This document shows, piece by piece, positions 1 through 11,886 of a stretch of DNA of 40,035 nucleotides; positions within the stretch are counted from its first letter, which is position 1; each line of letters opens with the position of its first letter. The notes beneath the pieces are model-generated. The model made no database searches. It had not been told where the DNA came from and saw only the letters and a program-made list of their open reading frames with translations. The position numbers were made by a program, and so were the translations under genes. This stretch comes from Nemertoderma westbladi. Taxonomy: Eukaryota; Animalia; Xenacoelomorpha. The stretch lies in the NCBI GenBank assembly GCA_032718475.1, contig JAUCBJ010005726.1:1-40035 (forward strand). Reading direction: 5' to 3'.

Positions 1-1526
1 CGCTAGCTACTAAAATAAACTAGTCGCGTTTGTAGAACTTTATACTCACGAATGACGTCAAAGCTCTCTCCTTCCTATCCACAACCCAATGGGCAACCAC
101 AGTGTTAGTAACTACACCCGTGATCGGCACTAATACCAGATTCTGGTTGTAAGATAAGAATAGGGGTTAATCGCTACCGTACGTTAGCTGATCTGGTATA
201 CTAATTTAATTCTAGAACTTTGTTGCTGCGGTAGTTAGCAGCAATACCTATCAGTACGTGGCAAGGCGCGGTAGGATATTAATAAACCTCCCTAGGCCAA
301 GCAGTGTGCCGGTAGCAGAAATCTCCTTGCCTGATCAAATAGCTAACTCCAGACAGGGGGGGGGGGGGGGGGGTACTAATGTACGTTCTACAAAGCGAAC
401 CGGTACCAAACAGTCAGTGCTATGAATCACTAAATTATGGAACGTATGCTGTCCGTACCTAATGTGTACTCGCGTACTGACGAATGGCAATAGTTCGCAC
501 CTGTAGGAAGTACAGGTTAACCCAGGGATTCGTAGGACTGACAAGAGGGGGGGGGGGTGTCTGGATATAATTATTTGATCCTAAATTTGCGGCGTCCAGT
601 GCGGTGTCACGCTTACCCTGATCTATAGGTCTTACGGCGGGCAAGGGCGTCGAACAAAGTCTTACCTTTCTCACAAAGCGGGCGCTGCATGGCAAGTTGA
701 GCATTTCGAAGGGGCAAAGGGGGTGCGCGGTCGATCCAATGTGGGCGCTAGCGTGTTGTGGACATCCCTTCCCTGCGTTGCTTACGGCCTAACGGTCTAG
801 GCTGCCATCTCCCTGGTGTTCGGCTGTCCCGAAGTCGGACCAAAAGAAAACATGTCAGGAAATTGCAGTATATTTACAGTTTTACAAAGGGATTTATCAA
901 ACGAAGTTTCAACAAGAAACCGAATAAACTAATTTTACAAGAATAAGCGTATCAGAATGTAACAACATGAGATATGTAACACAATTCTAAGAAGGGGTGA
1001 TAACCGAAGGCAAACCGGCCTTTTATACTAGAAATTGCACATGGAAACTAAACAGAAATTTCCACAGCTTCACAATTGAGCAATGAAGTGCGTCGTGCCC
1101 TATGATTGGCCCAGCTCATCGTTCAACGCAGTCCGGCCCTTACACTAAATCTGGGACATGGAATCCTAACAGAATTTTCCACTGCCTCACATTTGAGCAA
1201 TAAGATAATTTATGCCCTATGATTGGCCTGGCTCATTATTCGCTACGTTGTACGCTTCTCATTGGCCTACCAATTAGCACCACACGAAAATAAATGGCCC
1301 CAAAATACAAATTTCCCGACTGGGATTCGAACTCGTAACCTACGTAATGTAACCAACGCCTTAACCATCTGACCACTACGCCACGAGAGTACCTAAGGGT
1401 TTTATGTGTACAAATATAAATAGGCATATTACATTACTGTAATTTAATCAAAATACGTCGGATTTTCAAAAGTTTTTACGTTAAAGTTAAACTACAAATG
1501 CTACCTTATAGTGAAATAATTCATCA
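1..1526 (-). mobile_element. Partial LTR of the BEL-1 family (5' LTR or solo LTR of a neighbouring copy, running off the window start)
   Basis: Colinear with 6999-8412 but clearly more diverged than the paired BEL-1 LTRs. Same terminus (...GTGAAATAATTCATCA, i.e. TGATG on minus). Not followed by the CCGCTCC PPT seen at 8413. Contains a ~118-bp internal duplication (~1024-1260). Confidence 0.8.
1302..1383 (-). ncRNA. tRNA-derived Pol III cassette in LTR (copy 1)
   Basis: Minus strand: A box TGGCGTAGTGG (overlapping TGGTCAGATGG), B box GAGTTCGAATCC, then TTTT. Acceptor and anticodon stems do not pair. Confidence 0.6.
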
Positions 1527-1719
1527 CTTATAACAGCAACACTGGCTATCTGACGATATGGATTAGATCAATGTAGCGGATATTGACCATTGAAGGGCTT
1601 CTTATGCATGCAAAGGAAAATATGATCAGACCCAAATCACACAGTCAGACCTGATCTTTTGCTGATCAAATACCGGTAGGTGACTTTGCTGATATGCAGT
1701 AACATTTTACGGTACAATT

Positions 1720-2071
1720 TGATGCGAAAATGTTTTGGCCAGTACTCTGAACCTTCCATTGGGGTCTCAGGTCACGCGCGTACCGTGGTCACTGTATCTG
1801 GCACCTGATTGGCTCAAATATTCAAACGCTGAAAACTTACCTAGGCCTTGACAATTAGTGATAAGATTGTATGCAAATATGTTTTGGATGGTGTTCTGAA
1901 TCTCGCGTTGAGGTCCCAAGTCACCCCCATACCGTGGTCATCAGATACGGCGCCTTATTGGCTAATGCTTTGAACGACGATAACTCGAGTTTGCTTCACT
2001 TTGGGATGAAGTTTGAAAGCTAAGAATATTCTCTGGAATATGCCCTAACTCACTGACGATGTTTTATAGCT
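1720..2071. repeat. Diverged ~150-bp tandem repeat, the target of BEL-1; resumes at 25474-~25720
   Basis: Two units share TGTTTTGG...ACCGTGGTCA...ATTGGCT. The sequence after 25473 continues the same unit pattern (TTCACTTTGG..ATGAAGTTT..AAT.TTCTCT). Confidence 0.55.
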
Positions 2072-2419
2072 TGTTGTGTCCTCTACGGTAGGGACTACCC
2101 TACAGCCTACAAATCTACTAATACGAAGCTATAGAATATCTCTATCCGTAAAGTCCAGTAGTATACCGCTTACCAGATCCTAGTAACGATGTATCTTACT
2201 GTAAGACTCTAGTAATGAAACGGGCTCGTACAGTATCTGACAACAAATCCCAGTCCAGGATATCTAAACAAACAGATACAATACACAAACTACTACTGGC
2301 GAGGAGCAGAGCCTGGTGTCTATTCTATGTACGTGGGCGGGTCTGCCTACGAAACTAGACAAAAGGATACCTGTCCTCTACTACTACTAGGATCGGCATG
2401 CTGCATTGCAGCTGCATTT

Positions 2420-3878
2420 TTAAGAATGCTGTGCCGGCTTGTCAACAAAATTGCACCGCCACAACTCCCTATCACCCATGACATTTGCTAGATCATCCGC
2501 ATCTTTAAGGCCAGTGTCCTTTAAGATGCGTCTCAAGAAAGTCAAGGGCTGTCCACCATGCTTATTCACTCCATGAGGCTGCCAAAGTACAAGATTATGC
2601 ACTGGCTGGTCCTCACGGCGAAAGCAATGTCCTGCAAAGTGGAGGCGATTTTGTTCTAGTGTCAAGCTTGGGGGAACCAATGAGACACCTCCAATGTTAT
2701 ATAGTGTCTGGTTGGAGATGTGTGCATTGTACTTGACACAATGTACCCGGCGTAGCATTCTTGTGAATGTGCCATCCAGAGATTTGGTGTCCTCAGCAGT
2801 TAGAGCCCAGCATGGACTCCCGTAGAGGAGTACTGGAACTACTGCTGCTCTGAATAATCGGACCTTAAGTTTCCGATTAATTCTAGGTGACTTCCAAATC
2901 CTGGAAAGCCTATTCAAGGCTGCCCATGCCTTTCCCTTACGTATTCGAAGGTCCTCACCTGACTTTCGGATCCATGATCCCAGGTAACAGAAGTCGTCCA
3001 CATGCTCAAGCATACCATCCTTTGAGCTTATGCTCATCCGATCAGAGACTTGCTGAGGACTTTCAAAGTTAACTGTCAGAATTTTGGTCTTTCTGGAGTT
3101 AATAAAAAGACCAACACTAGAAGCAGCATGTTCTAATGAGCTGAGGAGCCGCTGGGCTCCCTCTAATGATTCTGAGAGTACTCCTAAGTCATCAGCAAAG
3201 TCTAGATCAGTTAGGTACTTGGCAGGATTTCCTCGACTTCTGGAGCCAGTAGGTGGAGTTATCATCACCCCATCATCATTATGATGATCTAAGGACATGC
3301 GTAGAACATAGTCAACCACAATAATGAACAAGAATGGTGCAAGTGTGTCTCCTTGGAGGACGCCCCATAACACTTCAAATGGTTCTGTGTCACCATCAAC
3401 AGTAGACACAAATGTTGTCGAACCATCGTATACTGATCTGATTGCTGCAATAATTTCATCAGGAATCCCATATAATGAAAGTATGCTGAACATACGTGAG
3501 CGAGAGACTGAATCAAAGGCCTTGAAGAAGTCAACAAAGATAACAGCCAGATGCCTGTCTTTCTTTTTTGATAACTCTTCAATTATCCTTCTAAGTGCCA
3601 AAATGGGCTCCATGGTCCCACGACCTTTACGGAACCCATTCTGATTCCCCGAAAAGAACCATAGAGTGTTAGGTTGCCCTTCTTGGGAACTGGCACCAAC
3701 TTATTTGTTTTCAATTCTTGTGGGACTCTTGTTTTACGGTACATGTCTACTATGATGGGATAGATGAGCTTTAAACACTCAGGTATTTTAAAGACCTCAG
3801 GGGGAACACCATCTACTCCACTGGCACGATTGGTCTTAATGCTCTTTGCAGCAGCCTTCACTTCTGCAAAGGAGATAT
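2420..3878 (-). pseudogene. RTE LINE reverse transcriptase (frameshift and deletion near 3640)
   Basis: Motifs FVDFFKAFDSV, GVLQGDTLAPFLF, LDFADD, FCYLGSWI, LLYGSPCW. The segment between FRG and NQNGFR is deleted. Confidence 0.9.
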
Positions 3879-6499
3879 AGATAGATAGATAGATAGATTT
3901 ATTTATACATTATGTAAAAACAATAACAAATACACCAAACAATGTACTGGTATAAAGGTATTGTCCAACATAACATATAGGATTACCCCTAAAGCTTTGC
4001 AGCTTATTTCCAAGGGGGTCCTTTATGTTACTTGGTTACAAATACAATATTACACTACGCTAACCTAAAACCAATATAAAACGTAATTACACTATGTACA
4101 TGTACAACTTTACCGAGAGCGTGACAATGCCCGACTCAACGATAAAGATGTAATGTACAGAACAATTTATTATAAAACGTAATTACAGTATAAATAGTAA
4201 ATAATTAATAAACTAATAACTTACTGTAGGACTATTGTACCTATTTTTACATTGCACACGGAGATGAGATTTAACTGCAGATTTAAAAGAATGTTGATTA
4301 TTTAGGTTTTTAATTTCATTAGGCAGAGCGTTCCAATTTTTTATGCCGTTAAAAAAGAAAGTATCAGATTCAAAGGATTTACAATTCGGGAGGTAGAAGT
4401 TTGAAGCACTAGCTCTGGTACTGTAAGAGTGTGTATCGCGTACTCTGTTGAATTTTTGTTTTAGGTAATTGGGACATTTACCATTATACACTTTATGCAC
4501 ATGGTTAAGGCGTAGCTGCTTAACTCTACTATCTAAGTTAAGTAGTCCAGATTCAGAAAAGTCATCTGGAGTTAGGTGGTGCCTAGGTTTGTAGTCTTTA
4601 ATAAATCGTACTACTTTATTCTGAGCTACTTGTAATTTACATTTAAGCTGTTTGGTTAAGCCTTCATACCAAGAAGAGCACGCATAGTCCATGTGACACT
4701 GTATTAAAGAAGAGCAAAGTAACTTGCGGGAGTCGGTGTTCAAACTATTTTTATTTCTGTATAGAAACCTAAGCCTACTGTTAACTTTCGAGAAAATATT
4801 TTTCACTGTACTTTCTCCTGATAAGCAGTTATCCAATGTGGCGCCTAAATATTTAACTTCCTTTTTATTTTCAATCTTATGTCCATTACTAGTGACTTCA
4901 AACTTAGTTACCTTCTTTAACTTTCTTTTGGAACCAAACAAAATACTTTCAGTTTTACCGTAGTGAATGGATAGCTTATTATCAACCAACCACTCATTAC
5001 AGGATTCTAGAACTGCACTTAACTTTTGGGAAATATGGATAGGATCTTTATGAGAGAAAATAAGAGCACTGTCGTCGGCATATAAAATGAGTTTAAAATC
5101 GGGATCTATACTACTTATCATATCATTTACATAGCATACAAAAAGCAGAGGACCTAATATACTACCTTGCGGTACACCACAGGTAATCTCTTGTACAGTA
5201 GACAGCGATTTGCTAATGACTACAGTTTGACCTCTGTCTGACAGGTAGGACTTGAACCAGTCTATAGAACCTACACCCATCAGGCCTAACTTACCAAGCA
5301 GAATTTCGTGATCTACAGTATCGAAAGCCTTTTGTAGGTCCAATATTACCATACCAGTATATAAACCCTTTGCGTTATTACATCTAATTGTATCAGTTAA
5401 GTTAATAAGGCGGGTGTCTGTAGAATATGATTTACGAAAACCGGACTGAAGTTCATAGATCAGATTTAGCCTACTAAGATGTGCTTCCAGCTGTAGAAAA
5501 ACAGAACGTTCTAGAATTTTAGATACAATACTTAAGATACTAACAGGTCTGTAATTACAGGGTTCTACTTTACTATTCTTTTTATACAGAGGAACAACCT
5601 TAGATAATTTCAGTTCGTCTGGTACTACATTATCTACGATAGAGTAATTAATAATAAAAGTAATAGGCACTTTAAGTACTTCAGCACCATCCTTAAGAAA
5701 ACGGGCAGGTATTAGATCTAGACCGGTACTTTTTGAGGCTGATAGGCTAAGTAGATTTTTAAAAACGAAATCCTCAGAAACGGGTTTTAAAAATAACTTT
5801 TCTGAATTTTGTAACTTTTCTAAATAAAAATTATTTAGAGTTTCGGACCCTATACTATATTTATTACTTGATAACGGTAATTTCTTAACTAAATTAGAGG
5901 CAACATTAGTAAAATAATTATTAAATAAATTACTAACTAGAGTATGATCATGAATCAGCTCACCGTTATCTTGCAGAACAATATTCGATTTAGATTTAAG
6001 GTTTTTATAACCTAAAGATTTTAGGGTAGACCATAGACTTTTTGGATTATCTTTATTCTCACTTATTTTGTTGTACAAATATTCAGATTTAGCTTTTTTT
6101 ATTTCCCGTTGGACAAGGTTTCTATATTTGCAGTAATAATTATAATCAGCTAAAACACGGTATTTCCTAAATTTATACAAATAGTTATCTCTTTCTCTGA
6201 TATTACTAAGAATACCCGAGGTCATCCAGGGCTCAGTGCGTTGTTTAAGACTAATTTCTTTAATTGGTGCTACAGTATTAAGTGCCTTTAAAAATATATC
6301 TTTAAAAACAGTGTAGGCAAGGTTAATGTCAGCGGCCTTAAAACAGGGTTCCCAGTCAGAATTAACTAACAAACTTAAAAAGCGTTCCTTGCTGTAATTT
6401 TTCATATACCAAACTGTTACTGTTTTATGATCCCCGAAAAAAGATTTTTGTGTCTTTCTTGTGCAAAAAACTATAAAATGATCGCTTAGACCTATATAT
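3879..6499 (-). mobile_element. 5'-truncated CR1/L2-group (Crack-like) LINE
   Basis: 3' UTR stem-loop at ~3980-4021, AATAAA and (TCTA)n tail at 3879-3903. Flanked by ATAT at 3875-3878 and 6500-6503. Confidence 0.88.
4213..6499 (-). CDS. CR1/L2-group ORF2 (end of APE domain + RT), uninterrupted but 5'-truncated
   Basis: Motifs [60 protein letters not shown]. Confidence 0.9.
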
Positions 6500-6780
6500 A
6501 TATCGCCAATGGGAATATCTGGGAGTACAGACTCAGACACTTTTACTTCTATAAAGTTATCAGGCAATACCCTGTCATTATTGAGGAGCTTTTCAAAGTG
6601 GGCTTTCCAACCATTGAGGCGATCGGCTGGTGATTCAGCCTTAACCTTGGTGGTTGGTTGGCTTTTCCGCCCAGTAAGCAGATTGATCGATTTCCATGCC
6701 TGGGATGATTGCCTGCTGTCGTCAGCATCATTGATGGCATCAACCTGTTGGTTTATTAGCTCCTGTAGATTAACAGAGTA
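6500..6780 (-). pseudogene. RTE ORF linker segment upstream of the CR1 insertion
   Basis: Translates as ...[39 protein letters not shown]..., typical of the RTE EN-RT linker. Confidence 0.8.
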
Positions 6781-8019
6781 ACCTGTCCTCTAACCGGTAT
6801 GGCAGATGTACAGTTACCGTAACAGACCAAACTCACGGGAAAACAATCCCTGCGCAGCGAATCCTAACTATCGCTGACAGTCCTAAATGCAGTAATACAG
6901 TTTTAGGGCGTGTGTGTGTGGGTGTGTTACAATAAAACAATTTTGGTGTATATCTTTTCACTAGGTTTTAGTAATTCTCTGACTGAAATAATACCGTGCG
7001 CTAGCTACTAAAATAAGCTAGTCGCGTTTTGTAGAGCTTTATACTTACAAATGACGTCAAAGCTCTCTCCTTCCTATCCACTAGTGTTAGTAACTACACC
7101 CGTGATCGGCACAAATACCAGATTCTGGTTGTAAAATAAGAAATAGGGATTAATTGCTACCATACGTTAGCTGATCTGGTATACGAATTTGATTCTAGAA
7201 CTTTGTTGCAGCGGTAGTTAGCAGCAATACCTATCAGTACGTGGCAAGGCGCGGTAGGATATTAATAAAACCTCCCTAGGCCAAGCGGTGTGCCGGTAGC
7301 AGAAATACTCCTTGCCTGATCAAATAACCAACTTCAGGCAGGGGGGGGGGGGGTACTAATGTATGCTCTACAAAGCGAACCGGTACCAAACAGTCAGTAC
7401 TGCGAATCACTAAATTATGGAACATAAGCTGTCTGTACCTAATATGTACTCGCGTACTGACGGACGGCAATAATTCGCACCTGTGAGGTATACAGGTAAC
7501 CCAGGGATTCACACTACTGACGGGGGGGTGGTTTCTGCCTAAAATATCGTTATTTGATCCTAAATTTGCGGCGTCCCAGGACGACGTCACGCTTACCCTG
7601 ATCTATAGGTCTTACGGCGGGCAAGGGCGTCAAACAAAGTCTTACCTTCCTCATAAAGCGGGCGCTGCATGGCATGTGGAGTATTTCGAAGGGCGAAGGG
7701 GGTGCGCGGTCTAAGTTAATGTGGGCGTTAGCGTGTTGTGGACATCCTTTCCCTGCGTTGCTGACGGCCTAATGGTATAGGCGGCCATCTTCCCGATGTT
7801 TGGCTGTCCCAAAGTTGGACCAAAGAAAAACATGTTCAGAAGTTTACAGTGTATTTACAGTTTAGCGAAAGAATAATCAAACAGATTTAACATAGTTTCA
7901 ACAAGAAACTAGTTAAGAAATGACAACAAGAAGTGATAACTGATAAGTACAATTGTGATAAATGTTAAACTAAGTGAGACAAGTTTTATAAGTAGTGATA
8001 ACCGAAGGCAAACCAGCCC

Positions 8020-8157
8020 TTTATATACTAAATCTGGGACATAGAATTCACTAGAACCTTCTAGAGTATTCCATGGCCTCACATTGGAGCAATAAGATAT
8101 TCCATGCCCTATGATTGGCCTAACTCATCGTTTGATACGTTGTACGCACCTCATTGG
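8020..8157 (-). promoter_or_regulatory. Putative Pol II promoter of the BEL-1 LTR (TATA + CCAAT boxes)
   Basis: Minus strand TATATAAA at 8027-8020 with CCAAT boxes at 8083-8087, 8114-8118 and 8153-8157. Similar arrangement in copy 1 (TATAAAA ~1021-1027). Confidence 0.55.
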
Positions 8158-8193
8158 CTTACCAATTTGTACCAAATGAAAATAAATTGCCCC

Positions 8194-8275
8194 AAAATAC
8201 AAATTTCCCGACCAAGATTCGAACTCGTAACCTATCTAATGCAACCAACGCCTTAACCATCTGACCACTACGCCA
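8194..8275 (-). ncRNA. tRNA-derived Pol III cassette in the BEL-1 3' LTR U3
   Basis: A box TGGCGTAGTGG, B box GAGTTCGAATCT, TTTT terminator. Confidence 0.6.
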
Positions 8276-9251
8276 CGAGAGTAACTAGGGGTTTTATGTA
8301 TACAAATATGAATAGGCATATTACATTACTGTAACTTAATCAAAGTGCGTCGGATTTTCGAAAGTTTTTACGTTATACTACAAATGCTATTCTATAGTGA
8401 AATAATTCATCACCGCTCCATGAAAACAGTAAGTAAGACTGTTTTCACCAATCGAAATACAAAACTATTTACAAATACTTCTAAATCTACTGGTAGGGCC
8501 TAAAATATAAAACAATCACTATCTAATTATTGCATACTTAATATTGCAGGTACAGCGTAAATACAATCCATCATACGTACAAAATACAAATTTACCAATC
8601 AACTTTAGTGCATAAAATACAAAAAGGCTTTCGGTTATCAAGATAAACAAATTAAACAAATCGGAACAAAATTAAATCAAAACGAATCGAACAATTAATT
8701 ACAAAGCTTTCAATAATCTTTCATATATTGTAAATATACATAATAAACTTCCACCAAATTAAATCAGTCCAAATATAAAATAAACATAAGGCGCTAAAAT
8801 CTTTCAAATAAGTCTTAAAGTGTCCTCCTGCCGATCTGAATAGTTCGTCCTGCTGGTCTGGATGTCTTCTCCTGAGCACTAATTGCTAACGGTAGGCTCG
8901 CAAGCCTTCCTTCTCTATCTCGCTCCTCCAAAAGCAATTCCAATATAACTACTCAAATAAGTCCAAATATAATATCTCAAATATAAAGGTCCAAAATCGG
9001 TAGGCTCGCAAGCCTTCCTTTCTTCTCGCTTTCCTAATCCTTGGTCGAATGGGCTCGTCCACGTCCTCTAATACGATTGGGTGGTGGTCGAGATCGAACT
9101 GGTCTCAGACTTCGGTGTCGAGCTGTCGGTGGTTCCTACGTCGAGTTGCCTGCGGTTCTAGAATACCGGGAAATGAAACGACCGCCTTCTTGGTAACGCA
9201 GACTTTGGTGGTTTGGGCAACGCGCTAATATCGGCTCAGGGTTCTCCGGGT

Positions 9252-9804
9252 TCAAGCGCATAGGAATCGCGTTGTCTTGCTCACGCGTACATCCTCCACA
9301 TTTATAGAACAGTTTATAAATGGGGAACGCGTCCTTGGTTTCCGGATCCGCTCCTCGAGCGCGTCTATAAAGATCATATATATCTGTAGTCTCTGCGACA
9401 AACGCTGAGCAAAGGTGATACTATCGAAGAGCTCGAGTGTCATCTCCTTAGGTTCGGTTTGATCATGGGATATCCAATAAAATGATAGGCTCGCGAGCCT
9501 TCCGCCAAACTCCTCGATCTCGCCTTTCTCGTATTCCTTCAAATTCGTCCCTGGCTGCAGGCAAGGGTTCGTTTGCCGTCAAATATTGCAGCGTATGATA
9601 TAATCGGCGTATCTCTGTGTCTGGATCCTCGCAAATGTCACTAGCGTCGCATAACGCATCGTAGGGATACAACGCATTGAACTCCGCGCGTAATTCCTCC
9701 GCTTTTTTGTTATAAGCATCCAATCGCTGTCGCGTAACGTTTGGATCCGCCTTGGACTTAGCGAGCTTGGCTGTACTCCTAGCCATACTCTCCACTCCAA
9801 ACAC
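9252..9804 (-). pseudogene. Accessory ORF downstream of BEL-1 integrase, frameshifted, unknown function
   Basis: Two overlapping ORFs (9463-9804 and 9252-9542) with helical, charged, protein-like composition between integrase and the 3' LTR. Confidence 0.5.
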
Positions 9805-10563
9805 GTTAAAGTTTTGGCTCCATAACGATTAAATGGTGCCTGGTGCTCCTGTTCCTGCGTGAATCCCTGTGTATGTAGTGTTTCTACTAGAGGTTAGATG
9901 TGAGGAGACTTAGAGTTTTGTCGGCTTTTGGCTCAACTTTGCTCTAAAACCCCAACCCATTTGCCTAATGACTTCGGGTTCGCGTGATTTCGCACTGGCT
10001 CCTAATCCAAAAAAATGTGCCGATAAAAAAAGAATTCCGGGTAAACTAGCCGCGAGTCTAAAATACTCACCTTTTAATTTCCCAAACTACTATCCCAAAG
10101 AAATAATGCAGTCGAGAATTAATTCGGTCTAAATAATAGTAGACACGACTACGTAGAACAAGGCCGGTTTTCTTTTTCAAAAAAATTTATCGGTAGGCTC
10201 GCAAGCCTTCCATCTGCTCTTGTCCTCCCCAATTTTAATTTTTATCTAGTTGTATTCTAGAATTCGCATTCACTGGAGAATCATTTTCTTAAATTTAAAT
10301 CCAACTAAATGGATTTGTCTAATAATTTTTGAAAATTGTCTCACTTGTGGGTTCCAAGTGGAATTCCATTCCTACTGTACACACAATCCCGCTCCTATGT
10401 GATACATAAGGGTACTACCCTCCATGTTCACATATAAAGACAATGGAATTCCACCGCTGTCTCTATCTACAGTGAAGAGGATTACAAATGCACATACAGT
10501 AATACAAATACTAATTTACTAAAATACGGTAGGTCTATGTGGCGGCCAACAAAGGTCCCACAT

Positions 10564-11838
10564 CTATTTACTAATATTGGGTGGAGATTTGTAGTCTCCT
10601 GTCTCGTTTCTAGTCTCCTCAAGGAGCACGAGACGTTGTACAGGTCTGTCTATGGTACGTCCGTCGATAGTCCTTACAGTAACTGTTCTTATTACACCAG
10701 ATGTAGGGTGCATGGTCAAAATGACTCCAGTCAGCCAAAACCGTCTTTTCAGATTGGCTTCAGCCAATAAAACATGGTCACCACGTCTTAAACATCGGGT
10801 ATTAAGATACCAAGATGTTCTGGTTGAAATAGAGGGCAAATAATATTTCTGCCATATTTCCCAGAATTTATTTGCAAGCAATTGAGTGATTTTCCAAGCT
10901 TTGTTGCCATATCCGTCGCTATCAACGGGTACCGAAATGGGCAACAATGTCGTCGGCGCCTGCATAAGCAGGTGCGCTGGTGTCAAGGCAAACTGTGCGT
11001 CGTTATTGTCTGGGATCAAAGCGATCGGTCTAGTGTTCAAAATCGCTTCGATTTCTATTAACAACGTCGTCAGTTGGTCGTCTGTCAATATGTGTTGCGT
11101 CGGTACGACTTTAGCCATAGCTGTTTTTATTGAGCCAATCAGCCTTTCCCAAATGCCGCCTCTCCACGGACTGTCTGGAGTATTAAAATACCAAACAATA
11201 CGGTGAGGGCGTAGTTCCTCGGAAATCTGGTTTTGGTCCAACTTTCTCAAAGCTCTGGTTATTTCGTTCCGTGCACCCACAAAGTTTGTCCCTTGGTCGC
11301 AGTAAATGGATTTGACCAATCCACGTCTAGCGATAAATCGCCGTAAGGCTAGGATAAAGGCATTGGTGGTCAAATCTGTCACACGCTCTATATGGACAGC
11401 TCTGCTGGCCATGCAAGTGAAGATCAATCCCCAACGTTTTACCTGTACCCTTCCGCGTTTCGCGATTATGGGTCCAAAACAGTCTATCCCTGTCTCAGTG
11501 AAAGGGGGTCTAAATGCCTGTAATCTCGCTAGTGGTAGTTCACTCATTTCTTGGTGTCCTATCCTCGCGTGCACCTTCTTACAAATCATACAGTTCCGTG
11601 TTACCGAACTCAGTGCCTTACTAGGTCTAATCAGTACAAACCTCGATCGTAAGTGTGATAGACAGTGGTGTCTACCCACGTGTTTGAGTTGTACATGTGC
11701 GTCCAGTATCATAGCACGCTGTAATTCATGGTGTTGCGGTATGATGATAGGATACCTAAAGTCAAGTGCAAAGTCGATGTTTTGGAGTCTGGACTTGTGA
11801 CAAAGTAAGCCCCGGTAAATAATCGGACTCCAACTCAA
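10564..11838 (-). CDS. BEL/Pao integrase
   Basis: HHCC region (H...H...CMICKK), TGIDCFGP, IFTCMASRAVHIE, YCDQGTNFVGA, SPWRGGIWERLI, EAILNTRP, LTPAHLL, C-terminal G.IRTVTVRT...RPVQRL. Confidence 0.95.
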   Translation of the reverse strand: MSWSPIIYRGLLCHKSRLQNIDFALDFRYPIIIPQHHELQRAMILDAHVQLKHVGRHHCLSHLRSRFVLIRPSKALSSVTRNCMICKKVHARIGHQEMSELPLARLQAFRPPFTETGIDCFGPIIAKRGRVQVKRWGLIFTCMASRAVHIERVTDLTTNAFILALRRFIARRGLVKSIYCDQGTNFVGARNEITRALRKLDQNQISEELRPHRIVWYFNTPDSPWRGGIWERLIGSIKTAMAKVVPTQHILTDDQLTTLLIEIEAILNTRPIALIPDNNDAQFALTPAHLLMQAPTTLLPISVPVDSDGYGNKAWKITQLLANKFWEIWQKYYLPSISTRTSWYLNTRCLRRGDHVLLAEANLKRRFWLTGVILTMHPTSGVIRTVTVRTIDGRTIDRPVQRLVLLEETRNETGDYKSPPNISK

Positions 11839-11886
11839 AATCGGTGAAGACTTAATCTGTTTACCTTGGTTGATCGCTGTGAATTC

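Larger units (their letters stand above)
2381..6780 (-). mobile_element. 5'-truncated RTE-clade LINE inserted in the BEL-1 3' LTR, interrupted by a CR1-group LINE
   Basis: 12-bp TSD ACCTGTCCTCTA at 2369-2380 and 6781-6792. (TAG)n tail at ~2378-2389. The RTE frame ...PDIPIGDI (ends ~6500) resumes as SFAEVKAAAK (~3873). Confidence 0.9.
2072..8412 (-). repeat. BEL-1 3' LTR, ~1.93 kb after removing the LINEs (2072-2380 + 6793-8412)
   Basis: Starts TGATG (8412) and ends ACAACA (2072) on minus. Preceded by PPT-like GGAGCGG (8413-8419). The two halves are joined by the RTE TSD ACCTGTCCTCTA. Confidence 0.8.

Noticed and set aside
1313-1382. Functional tRNA gene (also at ~8205 and ~25306)
   Set aside because: Acceptor and anticodon stems do not pair; only the A and B boxes remain.
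4213-6567. 784-aa ORF as one native protein
   Set aside because: The first ~23 residues are RTE-derived and the start is not ATG; the CR1 ORF2 is 5'-truncated.
1-8412. 1-1526 and 6999-8412 as the paired LTRs of one element enclosing the LINEs, or as a stand-alone SINE
   Set aside because: They are much more diverged from each other than 8108-8412 is from 25209-25473. The TAGCT TSD pairs 2072 with 25473.
9252-9804. env gene
   Set aside because: Too short, with no signal peptide, transmembrane helix or fusion-protein cysteine pattern visible.
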